Positions 1-14,171 of a stretch of 64,000 nucleotides of DNA are shown piece after piece. How positions within the stretch are numbered: the stretch's first letter is position 1; every line of letters begins with the position of its first letter. The position numbers and the translations under genes are program-made. The stretch is from Eukaryota sp. GEM-RC1. Its lineage: Eukaryota. The DNA is taken from positions 62,001 to 126,000 of the forward strand of contig JAUFOQ010000001.1 in assembly GCA_040285855.1 (NCBI GenBank), written 5' to 3'. Below the pieces are notes generated by a model. That model saw nothing but the letters and a program-made list of their open reading frames with translations. It searched no databases and had not been told where the DNA came from.

Positions 1-271
1 AAGATATGGCCAAAATGAATGAAAGATTCAACAAAGTTAAGAAAATGACCCACCGTGGATAACAACATGCCAGAAGATGAAAGAGCACTACTACATGGGC
101 AGCAGCTTTTCAGGTTGTTCCGTCGTTAACTTGTCCAACAGCAGTTGTTCCTGTAAAAAGTGCCAGGAGAACAAAGTCCCATGTATTCACTCCGTTGCAG
201 TTGCTGCTGCTCTGAAAGTACCACTAGAAGTGTTTATTGATGCAGTACATCGAAACACTCTATTGAAGTGA
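1..271 (+). mobile_element. Mutator/MULE transposase C-terminal remnant (SWIM zinc finger)
   Basis: ORF 77-271 contains CSCKKCQENKVPCIH, the CxC-x(n)-CxH SWIM motif of MULE transposases; the element probably extends off the window edge. Confidence 0.65.
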
Positions 272-879
272 TATGTCTGAAATTGTAGCGAGTTCGAGCA
301 ACAAGTAGAACCTATAATGGAAAAGCAGAAGAAGGATCACGAGTTACTGACAGTTAGAGGTCAAGAAGGAAGGATCGATGATGATATGTATGTAGTGTCT
401 GTAAGAATAGTGTCTGTAAGAAGAAGGGACATACTATGAAGTCATGCCAGAACAAGTAATACATGATGATACAACAGTGGTTATAAGAAATACAAATAAG
501 ATATGAGATTGAATAAGCAGAGTTTTATGTGGATATTGACCGAGTACAGATTGAGCATGGTTTGAATTTTTGATTTCAATTTGAGTAGGTGTGAAATATT
601 GATTTGGGAAATGAGTATATCGTAGGTGTCCCAATACAAGCAACTTTATATCTTATACAAGCAAACACATTTTTTTGCTTGTATTGGGACCCTATTATAC
701 GATGAAGCGACGACACCTTTGATTTCGATACATTACTGGATCACACACTCTATTTCGTAATGCTACTTGTACACTGTATTTTAAATAGAACAAAAATTTA
801 TAACAATACATTAATATGACACATGCTTTAATAACAGTGTTTTAATTTGTTCTACAAGTACACAATATTTGTCTGTATA

Positions 880-2971
880 GGAGCAAAGTTTTATTGACAG
901 GGATTCTATTGCCTATTCATAATTTGGATTTTGATAGGCCATTTTGTGCTTCTATAAAAATCCTATCCCATGTCAATTGCAACTCGTAGATAATCAAGTC
1001 CTCTTTCAATATCCTGTTTAATTCCTGATGCATGATTACAATAAAGACTCATGCCATGAAAACCTTCAGAATTTCCCAACTCTGCGGCCCTTTTGAAAAC
1101 AATAACCAAGATTAAGCATACCAAAACGCTCCCCAACTCACTTTATTTTTTAAAATATTCAGCAGCTTGCACTAGATTGGCTTCGACACCTAAACCTAAA
1201 TAATACCAACTTCCTAATTGGAAAATTGAATCAACGTGGTTGTGATCAGCTGCTTGATGAAACACGGTAAATGCTTTTTCATAACTCTGAGTCACTGAAT
1301 TCCCATTAAAAAACTGCAATCCGTCTGAGTACAGTTGATTGCTAGACTTGACCTCTTCTTCACGTGATGACCAGCAATCAAGGGAAGTACAAACAAGTTG
1401 ATATGAGGACTGAGCTTACTATCACTGATTTCCATTAAAAAATGTAACAATTTCAGTGTATCATTCGGACCAGTTTTCTCCATAATTAATGAGACACAAT
1501 TCAAAAAACACTCCACAGTCAATGATTGATGGAATTCTTCGGAATTCTGCCAAGATTTCAACAAATTGTGTCCCAGCCACAAGCAGAAATCATGAGGAAG
1601 TCTTGCACAGAGCAGTTCAACATGCTTCTTTGGTAAACATAAATAAGGATAATTCTTCAAAATCTCAGCTGTAACAATAGAAAGGAAACAGTCACCAAAA
1701 CAGTGTAAATTGGTGAAGCTATGAGACTTCTTTTCAAGGTCTACAGAAACCAATCAGGGGGGATGTTGGAAAAACAATTTACATTTTGAAAGATAAAATG
1801 GACCAATCTAATGGCGTTGAAATAAATTCACAATCACCAATGGAATCCAAAAGTTTGACGGGTTTAAGAAATCCAAATTCCGGATTTTTCAAAAGTTCAT
1901 CAGTTTTCGGATCTAGGGAATGATCATCCTTATAAAGCTCAATTAAACATTTAAACAACCAAAGAGGATCAACAACAGGCATTAAAGTGACAATAAAAGT
2001 AATTCTCAATGGAATAAGTTCATTATCAATCTCAGACAAATTTGAAAATAAGTCCAAATTCTGATCAACAAAATAGAATTGATTCTTGCAATTTGCTATT
2101 TTCAAAAGACCAGAAATCTCTTCTTTTGAAAATGGATCCGTCGAAAGATAATGACGACAAAATAGTTCCAACTGATCCACTTGAAAATACACTGATAACT
2201 GGAACAAATCTAAAATATTGCAAAGATTCAATTCAATAGAATTCTGACAATGAAAAAGTCCAAAAATTGACCGAAAGCATCGGGCGACACCAAAAAAAAT
2301 TCATTGGAGTAATGAAATTTTCTAACAGCTGAATCTTCAAAATCACATGTTATTAAATTCTGAAACATTTTTGAAAATGAAATCAATAGAACAGAATTCA
2401 ATGTGATAGAGGTGTTCATGTAAGAAACACACACGTCTTTAGGACTTGACTCTACAATTTTTAAAATTAACACTTTTGAATCCAATTTAAAATTGTTATC
2501 ATCATAGTTTCAAAACCTTTTTGTCATTCTCTCAGTAACAAACTCACTTAACTCGTGGAACTGAAGAAGAGAAGCAATGATGGTCATCATGGGAAAATTG
2601 TCAGTTGTAACAGTAACAGATTGTCCATAGAGAGTACATAAAATTGAGACGAAGATATCAGGATCTGTAAGAAAAGGAAGCAGAAGGAACTCTATTGTGG
2701 TAGATTCCAGAACCTTCTCCTTAAGAACAGAACTGAAAGCACTGACGACGAAGGAATGACAGTGGAAAGAGTGGCCGTCATAGGTAATGACAGCGTCAGT
2801 AAGAATGTTGTCTCGTTGTAGGGAATAGTGGTTGTTGCAGCAACAATCAAAAGGAAACCAATAAGTATTTGGATCCTTATTTGAAACAGAAAGGTGTTCA
2901 TAAACCGGACTTTTGACAGAAGTGAAGTTGGAAGTGCTGGAAGTAAGTCCAAAGTCACTTGAACTGGACAT
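880..2971 (-). pseudogene. BTB/POZ-domain protein with C-terminal Sel1-like repeats, broken by several frameshifts and stops
   Basis: 2510-2971 has BTB hallmarks (TDAVITYDGHSFHCHSFVVSAFSSVLK); 2228-2485 and 1779-2231 give a second BTB-like unit (LNSVLLISFSKMF...SVYFQVDQLELFC); below 1292 an alternative frame reads TQSYEKAFTVFHQAADHNHVDSIFQLGSWYYLGLGVEANLVQAAEYFKK (Sel1 repeat). 3' end approximate. Confidence 0.7.
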
Positions 2972-4045
2972 CGTGGCTGAAGTGATGAGACAAACCTGAT
3001 AGACAGGTCATTTCTATACTTGCTGTAGACACCACTGTAGATTGTCCCAGTGATTGGTTGTTTGTCTATTCCTATTCACGTCATCATAGTTCTTTGAAGT
3101 TGACATAATGTGACTTGTGGCCGAGTCCTATCTGTTGTTACACCAATTGGCTTTCGTGATCCCGATCAATTCAGTTTAGTTCTGTTGTGTTCCACGTTTG
3201 CATAATCCTTGTGCGTAGTAGCATCATAAAATGTCATTCTAAACAATGGGCTCAAGATAAGGTCTGAACGGATGACGTGATGCTTTATCTTGTAGCAAGT
3301 TATGTAGTTAATTGCAGTTACATATTGTTTTGTGTTCACATTCTATGTATTGAATGTGAAAAGCGTTTCCACAGCTCACAGTTTAAGGAATTTGTTGGAT
3401 CCAACCCCGTCCTCTGAACCCGTGCACTCACATTCACACTGATTTCAACTTAGCTTATTGCAATAAATTCAGCCGTGTTCTGAATTGATTTGCAGGTGCG
3501 CTGCATACTGTTAAATTACAAATTACAGTGTTAATCAACAGAACTCTAGTTTTACAGTAGTAACTATTAGTTCACTGACACCAAATTACTACGAGGTCGG
3601 TGAATACCGCTTAGTGTGTCTAGTATTTGACATATATATTGATTAATGAGTATTGGATTGAGAGATCTCAACACATTTTAAAGCAAAGTTAGCATGTCAT
3701 GCTTTTCAATACTTGATTTATAGCAGAAAAACTTACAATAAAACCAAAAGAATTGGACATTGAATTCAATTTAGTAATGTTTTACGATCAGAACATTGTC
3801 TTCCTCACAGTATTAGTAAAGCGAAACGCCATTTTGGTTTTGTCAATCTAGTTCTGTACTATAAGACATTTGGCCATCATAGGTGTCAACTTTTAGCAGT
3901 TGATGTCTTCAGATCGAAGCAACTTCAGAATATTTTGAATCACACTTTAAACGAGGAACAATAACTAAAGCTGTCTAATACATTACAGTAAACAAAGTAC
4001 ATTGTGTAGCCCTGAAAATTACCCACAATAACAACAAATTGTACT

Positions 4046-6019
4046 TTATTCGACGATTTCAAGTTCATGATCGCTGCCTAACAAAACCCATAGATAATAA
4101 TTACCACCAATTACTCTGGGAAGAGTTCCAGTAAGATTAATTAAAGGATTTCCCACGGATTTGATTGTTACAGTGTAGTTACTTAGATTTACATTGACTT
4201 CGAGTAATTCACCAGAATACCACTTGGCCTTGTTTCCTGAGAGTCAACCAAAAGCGTATTTTCCATTTCCAAAACAGTGAGCATTCGTCCAACAATTACC
4301 ATCAACAGTAAACTTTGACTCGTCAATGACTCCAACAAAAAGACTATGAGCACTCCCCTGGTACCTCAACTTCCAAGTATACACATTACCTGGAAGAAGT
4401 GGATCTTCTCCCAAGATATTTCTGCTTCCACTTCCACCACTTCCAACAACAACTCTTTTTCTATCCCCACTGACTAGTAAGGCAGAATGTTTCCTAGTTT
4501 GAGAGAATCTAATCATTGTTGATTGAGGAACTGATTGAGACACCAGTTGAGATTCTACGGCCGTCTTTTTCAGTGGTTGATTCCCTCTATTTAATTGTTG
4601 TCTGTTACAATTGGAGTTATCTGTTTCTAATCTAGAATTTAAAGCTCTTAAATTAGTAATTTCTGATTTTAAATTCTGAACTTCCAGCCTTAAATCAGAA
4701 TCTTTTTTCTTTAAATAAGAGTATTTTGCATAAATTTCTGAGTTCTTCTGTTTTGTTGAAGCTAATTGATTTTTAACAGAATTAAAGACAGACAGATGTA
4801 CCATTGATTTCAATTCGCACTTCAACTTTGAGACGATATTGTTTAAATTTTGAGAAAACTCATGAGAGTCGGATAATTCATGTTCTTTTTCAGTAATTTT
4901 TGATTGAAGTGACAAAACTATGTTGGATAATTCAGAATTCTGCTTAGTCAATTTCTCAAAATTAGTAGACAATCGATCTTTTACATGACTGTTTAACTCT
5001 TCTTCAATTGATTCGAAATCCTTTGGAAATTCTCCTGAAAGTTTGTTCAGTGATTCATAAATATATTCTAGATTTGGTCTTTCAATCATGTCCACGTGGC
5101 AACATCTTGAAACCAAATCAACAATACGCTGGTCAATATTTGGAGGGAAATTCAATTGCAAAGCACATATTTTGGCTCCAACAATTGCAGCAACATCATA
5201 ACCTTCAAAAACAAGCTCATTACAAAACAATTCATAAAGCATCAGACCAAGGCTGTAGACATCAGATTTGAGAGACTTTCTGTTTGACAGAGCTTCAGGA
5301 GCGACATATTTCATAGTAAAATTAAGATGATTAGTTCTTTGAGCAGTTGTTTCTGAAAGAACTTTCGAAGTACCAAAGTCACTCAATTTAGCTGCACCTC
5401 CTACAATCAACACATTTTCTGGTTTTAGATCGCCATGTAGAATGTTGTGGGAGTGTAAATGTAGAAGTGCTTCTACGATGTGTTTAGCATAAGTTAAGGA
5501 GAGAGGTGAAACTGAGGAAGGTACAGTAAGGGAAGAGAACGCCTTTTCCATCACGATGCCAAGTTGATTCTCGGGTAACCAAACAAGGCCAAAGACACGA
5601 AGAATACACGGATGGTTGAGACTAAACATGGTCAGCAGTTCTTTACGGAGTCTAACTCTGTCTTTTTCGGAGTTACAGAGAACAACCTTCACCGCGATCG
5701 TTGCATTGTTCCATGTCCCAGAGTAAACGCGAGAGAATCCACCTACGCCAAGAGCTTTAGAGAAATCGATCTGGAGGTCGCTTTCAGGTATTTCACAGAG
5801 GAACTCCCCAGATTTAGATGACGTGATAACATCGAGTAACGCGATGTTGGTGACTGGTTTGGAAAGTTTTGGGCTGCGACAAAAAGGGCAGGCGGACACT
5901 GAGGATGCACATATGAGACATGATGTGTGTTGATTACTGCAGATGACAGTTGGTATACGATCCTTGTCATCAAAGGACTCTTCGCAGATTTTGCATTGGA
6001 TGATGTTGGACAGAGACAT
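4046..6019 (-). CDS. RING-finger / protein kinase (TKL-like) / coiled-coil / SPRY-like protein with an in-frame TGA at 4244-4246
   Basis: ATG at 6019 (MSLSNIIQCKICEE...CSNQHTSCLIC...CPFCR); kinase motifs LGVGGFSRVY, VAVK-like IAVKV, HGDLKPEN, DFG, APE; heptad-rich stretch; SPRY-like strands (YTWKLRYQG..LFVGVID) continue for 65 codons past the TGA (LSGNKAKWYSGELLEVNVNL...YYLWVLLGSDHELEIVE) to TAA at 4046-4048. Confidence 0.85.
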
Positions 6020-7755
6020 GAAGAAGTAGAATGAAAAATTTAAAGTTTTAAAATCAACTTGCTTAGAACGTTTAGACGTAATCGTTTGGCTCTGGAAATG
6101 CAAGCTTTTTCTTTAGACTGATTAAAAAATTCATTTGGACAGTGTAGACCTTAGCAGTTAACGAAATCAAACTCTAGAAAATAGTCTGAGTGTAACTCTG
6201 GAAACAAAATTGTATATACGTGTAATACATGCACCATCAGACTCAGACGTTTTAATAGCTTCTTGAAATATAGATTTTTTCAAATTCTCTGTCAACATAG
6301 AAGTTCTTAGTTCATTGGTATTGTTAAAGCCTGTTTCGCATGTAGTAGAGGAAAAGGATTAATGATTGTTTGAATTATTCATTTTGGGCATTTGTCCAAT
6401 TTTCTTGTGTTTTCCATTTCGATATGGTTCTGATGTTAAATCGTTCTTTTTCCGGCTAGTACAATGAATATTCCAGATTCAGTTCGAAAAGGTCAGATCA
6501 CATCCCACAGAAGCATTTTTGTGTGTTAAACCTTAAGTGTGTCATTTTTGGAACGATAATACTCGAATTCAATTTCCACAATTTTGAACATGTGCTTGGA
6601 ATCAATGAGTAATGTCATTATAATTGTCAGTGTCGAAAGACGGTAAGACAGTAAACCCATTTCTAACAAAGATACACGTCATCATTATGTGATTATGCTG
6701 CATTGGATCTCACAGGAATAACGGGGTGGATCAAACTAAAAACAAATACAAATACCAGTACAAATTAGTAATCTGTGGTAATTCTTGTATCATTTATAGC
6801 AAATTATCCACGTAATACAATGGACAATGTACTCAAAAGAGTTCATTTAGTATTCACACTCAATTTGTGTTGCTTTAAGAACATGTCTACTAATCAAAAC
6901 AGAAAAACAAATTGTAAATCTTTTGGACTGTAGCTATTTGAATCGCATTTTTCGACATTTGTCTGAATTTTAAAAAATGTACAAAACTGCAGTGCTTTAA
7001 AACACAACCAAGAAACAATACAGACTATAAGAACACAAAATCCACAAATCCACGAACCCACGATTGGTGGATTATTATTAGCAGAACCAATTGTGATACA
7101 AACAAATTGCGACGTCGGATCATTTGTCTAATTTTTTTGAATAGTGTGACTCTGTTGTGTGAGTGAAAACCTTGATTCTTTTTTTCTCTCTTTTGCTCTG
7201 CTACATCATCTAATCTTGATTTCATTCGGTGCGAATGGAAACAAACTCAATCACCAGCCATTGTATTTTTGGCGAGTAACGGCACACATCGTTACGCTAC
7301 CTGTCAGCTCTCTGCTCTCAGCCAACATAAAATTTGACTCCAGAATGTGAAACGATTGGAATTCGGTGTTACTAGAAGAGAAAGAATCAGTTCCACAACG
7401 TAAAAACAGTGATCAAAACTAAAATCATTAATTCTACATTTCAACTTTGCTTATTGGAATATATTCAGCTGCTATAATCACCCACTCATGTTTGAAAATA
7501 ATGATATATTACTAAAAAACATGCAAAAAATTTTTATCTTCATCGATTCCAGAATATTAGTTTGGTTAAGGGAAAACATTGAATCTACCATCATATTTGA
7601 AAACTAGACTTGTTCAATATGGTGTTGTTATGTACTAAAAAAGAAAAGATTGTTTCGCAAACTACTACAACAATGAGCAGTAGATGAGACGAAAGAGAAA
7701 CTAACATTTGGAAATTGTAAGATTCACAACTACAATAGGTTACTTCAAATTTAAA

Positions 7756-10700
7756 TTAATTAAGAATGTGGTGCAAAATCGTATAATTGTCTTCAATCAA
7801 TACGTCTGTCAACTGATTACTACTCCCCTGATGATTAAAGGTAACGTCATAGGTTCCTTCTGGTAGTAATATACTGAAAAATCCTTGTTCATTAGTCAAG
7901 GTGTGTCTTAAACCAGAGTTAACTTCAACGCTTTCCAATGCGTTTCCTTCGCTATCAATCACAAAACCACTTAATAAGAAGGCGATTTCAGTAAGTGTAA
8001 AATCATGAAGATTAGAGACAGTGTCCTCATTAACAGTCACTGAAACTTGTTTAGGTTCATACTCTGCATAGTAAAAAGACAATTGATGTTGTCCATAGGG
8101 CACTCTAAGTAACTGGAAATCACCATTATCATTTGTTACATCGTAAACAACATTACCCAGACTGACCTCAACACCACTGAAACGATTACCATCAGAGTCC
8201 AATACTCGACCATAGAGATCAACTGTTTTCAGGTACATTTCAGCTTTGTGAAGAGAAGCTCCAGAAACTATAATATCAAAAACAACGATATTATACTCGT
8301 CTGCTTGAACTTCTACTTCATAAGATCCTAGAAACACGTCTTCGAATTCAACAACACCTTTCCTATTAGTAACCAATTCCTGAACAATATCATTAGATTG
8401 TTTCAGTTTCACAGATGCACCAGATAGCAAGGTCATTGAAGAATTATCATGAACATAAACTTTTACCACAAATGGTTTGGAATCAAGACATATATTTTCA
8501 AGAGTAACATCTGACCTCAATTCTACAGTTTGTTCAAAAGTTTCATAATTGGAGTGGGAAAAAGTTAAAGTATAATTGTCCTGACGTAATTGTGGGAAGT
8601 TAAACTGCCCTTCATCATTAGTAAAAGTAGAAAATACTGTTTCATCAATAGCTACTGATACATCATTGACTTTGGATTCTTGGTAATGAACTGTTCCAGA
8701 AAGTGAAAAGAAAAATGGATTTAGAGCAATATACTTGGTCACGTCATCATTAATTAAAATATTGGAAGAAACAGCAAAATAACCATCTTTTTCTATTATA
8801 ATTGAATAATCTCCAATAGTTAGATTATTAAACAATGAAATTCCACGATCATCAGTGATGATGACGTTTACAAGAGAACCCTCAGATGACTCCAAGAACT
8901 ACAGAAGTGTCTCTCAAGAACTTGTCAGATTCACTGTCAAAAACAACAATTTTTAAATTGAATAGTTTTGAATGAAGTTCAAATGGTCCAAGATCGTCTT
9001 CATAAGAAACAGATATAGAAACTTCTTTTGTCTGATACAAATCATGAGTAAATACCAAGGTGTAAGTTCCATAACGAATATCAGAAAATTGGAACACCCC
9101 GTGATGATCGGAAGTGGTAGTGACAGTGGAAAATTTGATAGTGACTGTAACATCAACAATTTTTTCTGATTGAAGGACAGCAGATCCAGATATTTGATAG
9201 AGCTCCGGTTCTAACGTAGCATATACTTTGATAGAACCATCAACTAAAACGGCATTAGAACAAATGTGAAAGCCCAAAACTTCAACTTCTACTTCATAAG
9301 ATCCTAAAAACACGTCTTCGAATTCAACAACACCTTTCCTATTAGTAACCAATTCTTGGACAAGATCATGAGATTGTTTCAGTTTCACAGAAGCACCAGA
9401 TAGCAAGGTCATTGAAGTATTATCATAAACATAAACTTTTACTACAAATGGTTTTGAGTCAAGGTAGATATTTTCAAGGGTAACATCTGACCTCAATTCT
9501 ACAGCTTGTTCAAAAGTTTCATAATCGGAGTGGGAAAAAGTTAAAGTATAATTATCCTGACGTAATTGTGGGAAGTTAAACTGCCCTTCACCATTAGTAA
9601 AAGTAGAAAATACAGTTTCGTCAATAGCTACTGATACATCATTAACTTTGGATTCTTGGTAATAAACTGTTCCAGAAAGTGAAAAAAAGAATGGATCTAG
9701 AGCAATATACTTGGTCACGTCATCATTAATTAAAATATTGGAAGAAACAGCAAAATAACCATCTTTTTCTATTATAATTGAATAATCTCCAATAGTTAGA
9801 TTATTAAACAATGAAATTCCACGATCATCAGTGATGATGACGTTTACAAGAGAACCCTCAGATGACTCAAGAACTACAGAAGTGTCTCTCAAGAACTTGT
9901 CAGATTCACTGTCAAAAACAACAATTTTTAAATTGAATAGTTTTGAATGAAGTTCAAATGGTCCAAGATCGTCTTCATAAGAAACAGATATAGAAACTTC
10001 TTTTGTCTGATACAAATCATGAGTAAATACCAAGGTGTAAGTTCCATAACGAATATCAGAAAATTGGAACACCCCGTGATGATCGGAAGTGGTAGTGACA
10101 GTGGAAAATTTGATAGTGACTGTAACATCAACAATTTTTTCTGATTGAAGGACAGCAGATCCAGATATTTGATAGAGCTCCGGTTCTAACGTAGCATATA
10201 CTTTGATAGAACCATCAACTAAAACGGCATTAGAACAAATGTGAAAGCCCAAAACTTCAACTTCTACTTCATAAGATCCTAAAAACACGTCTTCGAATTC
10301 AACAACACCTTTTCTACCAGTAACCAATTTTTGAACAATATCATGAGATTGTTTCAGTTTCACAGAAGCACCAGATAGCAAGGTCATTGAAGTATTATCA
10401 TAAACATAAACTTTTACTACAAATGGTTTTGAGTCAAGGTAGATATTTTCAAGGGTAACATCTGACCTCAATTCTACAGCTTGTTCAAAAGTTTCATAAT
10501 CGGAGTGGGAAAAAGTTAAAGTATAATTATCCTGACGTAATTGTGGGAAGTTAAACTGCCCTTCACCATTAGTAAAAGTAGAAAATACAGTTTCGTCAAT
10601 AGCTACTGATACATCATTAACTTTGGATTCTTGGTAATAAACTGTTCCAGAAAGTGAAAAAAAGAATGGATCTAGAGCAATATACTTGGTCACGTCATCA

Positions 10701-12842
10701 TTAATTAGAATATTGGAATTAACAGTAAAATAACCATCTTTTTCTATTATAATTGAATAATCTCCAATAGATAGATTATTGAACAATGAAATTCCACGAT
10801 CATCAGTGATGATGACGTTTACAAGAGAACCCTCAGCTGACTCAAGAAGTACAGAAGTTTGTCTCAAGAACATGTCAGATTCGCTATCAAAAACAACAAT
10901 TTTTAAATTGAATAGTTTTGATTCCAATTCAAATGTTCTAAGATCGTCATCATTAGAAACAGATATAGAAACTTCTTTTGTTTGATATAAATCATGAGTA
11001 AATACCAAGGTGTAAGTTCCGAAACGAATATCGGAAAATTGGAAAACTCCGTTTTGATCGGAAGTGGTGGCGACAGTGGAAAATTTGATAGTGACTGTAA
11101 CGTCATCAATTTCTTCTAAATGATGGACAACAGATCCAGAGATTTGATAGAGCTCCGGTTCTAAAACAATATGAATCATACTACCAGCCGAAGGATCTAA
11201 AGAAATCAATTCATCAATGAAACCAACTTTTGATAGACGTAATTCGTACAATACCAGCATTAGCTCAAACTCGACTCTACCTACATCATTTGAAAAGAAG
11301 AGCCAGCCTCGACACCTTCAAGGAAGATTGTAGCATTGACATTAGATAGAAGAACTGCAGAGAGTGAATCAGAAATAACAAAGATAACAGTTTGAAATAT
11401 AGGTTCAAGTAATACTTCAAAAGCTTCTGTTTCTCCGTCAATTACTTCAAGTGTGTAGAAAGTAGTGTTAAAACGTCTATGAGAGATCTCAAGAATAACA
11501 AAAGTCTTCAACCTGAGATTACTTAGAGTAAAAGCACCGTCACTATCAGTAATGATTGATTGATCAACCACCTTGACCCTTGCCCCTTCAATAGGTGAAT
11601 TATCATTGGATAAGACCAGACCAGTCCTTGAGACCAAGACAGGATCCAACGAGGTAACAATAGATAAAGGAGGGAGACCAAGGTTAACAAGGATGGTTTT
11701 GTTAAAATACAAATGATGAGAAAGCTCAATTTCATACAAGTCAAGTCGTAAGTTATCAAACACCAGTAACCCATTTTCAATAGGAGTACTACTAGACAAG
11801 GAAGTGTTGACGTCAGCAGAACCATTCATCAAAGGAACATTAGATAGACTATCATGAATAGAGATAACAACTTGACTAGTCAAATGAGTCAGTTTAAGTG
11901 ATTGTGGAGTTGTGGAGCCATGGTTAACGACTGTGGTAAGATTGTGATACAGAGGATGGTAAAGAGCAAGAAAATAGAGTCCAGGTCTTAAGTAGGAAAA
12001 CGAAACTTCTCCATTTAGTGATGACGTGGAAAATACATCAAAAGATTCCAAAACTACAACCACATTACCGAGTGGAAAACCAAATTCCTTATCAAGTACA
12101 ATGATATTGAGATTGGGTGTGTATCTAGAGAGAACAAATGGTATGATACCATCAAAAGAGGATAGACCAAACGAGTCTGTCACTGAATGGTATCCTAAAA
12201 GATCAAGAGTAATTGAGTAAGAACCAGACCAAAGACCAATGGTGAATACTCCTTGACTGTTTGTGACTACTGTTTCTTTGAACTGTGGAGTTGTTACAGT
12301 GACCTTCACTTCCTTCAAGAGTTGTCCTGTCACGTCATCAGAAACAATGCCTGAGTATTGGTAAAACATTGGATCGAGATTGATTAAGAGATCGTTGTCG
12401 TCCTTGTTGAGATGTCCGATTTGTTTCGTGTGGTTGTAGTAGGTTGAATGAGTAAGCGATAGACGAAGGAGACCGACTTTGACCTTGGGAAAGGAGAAAG
12501 ATCCTTCAGAATCAGTGAGTGTTTGAAGTGAGAGTTCTCCATCGAGTAGAAGAAGAACAGAGACGGAGGGTACAGGAAGATCGCTTCGACTATCAACTAC
12601 CTTGCCAACTAGATCAGCGGAAGGAGTATGAGCAGCAACAAAGATAACAACAAGAAGGGCACAAGAGACTATCCATAGAGCAATTTCTAAAGGTAAAGAA
12701 AGGAACCTGTGGACAAACTCAAGTAGGAAGGCTGAAACTTTGGATCTAAGTCAATCTCAACATCACTTAGATCTACTTTAGAGCCATATTCTCTCTTGAC
12801 GTATTCTAGAAAGGGAATCGGTTGCCGGTTATCTGGTAGCAT
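7756..12842 (-). CDS. Large type II membrane/surface protein of tandem carboxypeptidase-regulatory-like (Cna-B/prealbumin-fold) repeats; two frameshifts
   Basis: ATG 12842, predicted 20-nt intron 12687-12706, then TM helix IALWIVSCALLVVIFVAA, followed by many ~80-aa units with G-x-V-x-D...T-D/N-x-x-G-x-F...G-x-Y-x-L motifs; frame slips near 11295 and 8893 (extra G relative to the sister repeat at ~9867). Confidence 0.8.
8290..11165. repeat. ~3 tandem copies of a 975-bp (325-aa, four-domain) coding repeat
   Basis: Identical or near-identical shadow ORFs recur at 8953/9928/10903 and 8972/9947, an offset of exactly 975; direct comparison shows near-identity of the middle copies. Confidence 0.9.
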
Positions 12843-14171
12843 TGAAGAGAAGAATGTGATAAAGTCTGTTGGTGGGGGTAGATGTATATCGGCAAAACAA
12901 TATTGTTATTATTTGAGAGCATTATCCACAAACAACTTGGATTTTCTACCTATTACGTGTACACTACGACTTAGTCGAAGTCTAAGTACAAGTCAAAGTG
13001 TAATAAAACACATAATTCTTAACTCATGCTACATGAGGGATCGCAACTCCTAAACTGTAGCTGTATAGAACGTGTTGAATACGAACTACGTCCTTTCGAT
13101 GTTTCAATTTACGGACGTTGAGGAAAAGGTGCATTGTAAGTTTTTTACGATTTCGGAAAAAGGTAAAAAAAATGAACAAACATTTTGACTATAAGGTACG
13201 CTTGAATGGAATCGTTTTTTCCATTTTCTGAAACAATTACCCTTTTTGTCTGCAAAGCGGTACTAGTACATGTAGTGAGTGTCTCTTATGAGGCTAAAGC
13301 TGAAAGAGTATGGTTCAACTGTAATTTTATCACGTTCACGTTTTAGAATAATAAATGTACTGATGTGTCTTTAAACTTCGATAGTGGTGTAATTTGATGT
13401 ACATTTTTCTACGTTGAGCTGCGAATTTCTCATTTATCGTCTTGTAGTGGTCTTGATTGTGTCACCACGAACATGGAGTTACACTGATTTCGATTTCGAT
13501 TTCAAGTTCAGCAGTTACAAGTGTACATACATGTTTATTGTGAGGAATCTATTGTATTCATCCAATTACCCCAATTCAAGCAACGTTTCAGAGACTTATG
13601 TATCGTAACAAGACAATCAAAATTAACATCCACTTGTCATAACCACAAGCTGTCCATCGGTAGAATTACATAAAAAACAAAAAGACGAAGTGAACATTTT
13701 TATGAATTAAAGCTTAGAAGCTTAGCACGAAACGTATTTAAAGAGAACGTTCTCGTCCGACGTATTTGATCCAGGCAATTTTTATCCATGTGTGTATTTT
13801 GATGTTGTGAAAATTGTTCTCGTTGAACATACTTGCAAGTACTGTGCAAAGTGGCTGAAAAGATTGTTGAACTTCAGAATTGGTGATTCCACTTGTAAAG
13901 TAATTTAATAATACTGTCGTTGTTATCATCTAAATAGTGACGAGATTGCGAATCCTTGTTACAGAACAACAACTTGTAACTGCAGTTCCATGGTTCATAT
14001 TGATATGTCCAATTTTACCAATTTTCATCCAACGAACAGAGTTGCAGTTCTTGGCAGACGTTCTGCTTGAAATATGGCAAGACGCTGGAGTCACGGTGTT
14101 GAAGTGACACGTCATCGTGTCAAGTGACAACACCACAACACCATTGTCATTATCTCGATTTCTCTTCTTGA

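Noticed and set aside
4244..4246. Genome-wide reassignment of TGA to a sense codon
   Set aside because: Only one clear case; TGA terminates other genes plausibly (16619, 21840) and long ORFs lack internal TGAs
8290..11165. CRISPR array or non-coding satellite
   Set aside because: Units are 975 bp, in frame and protein-coding, with no spacers
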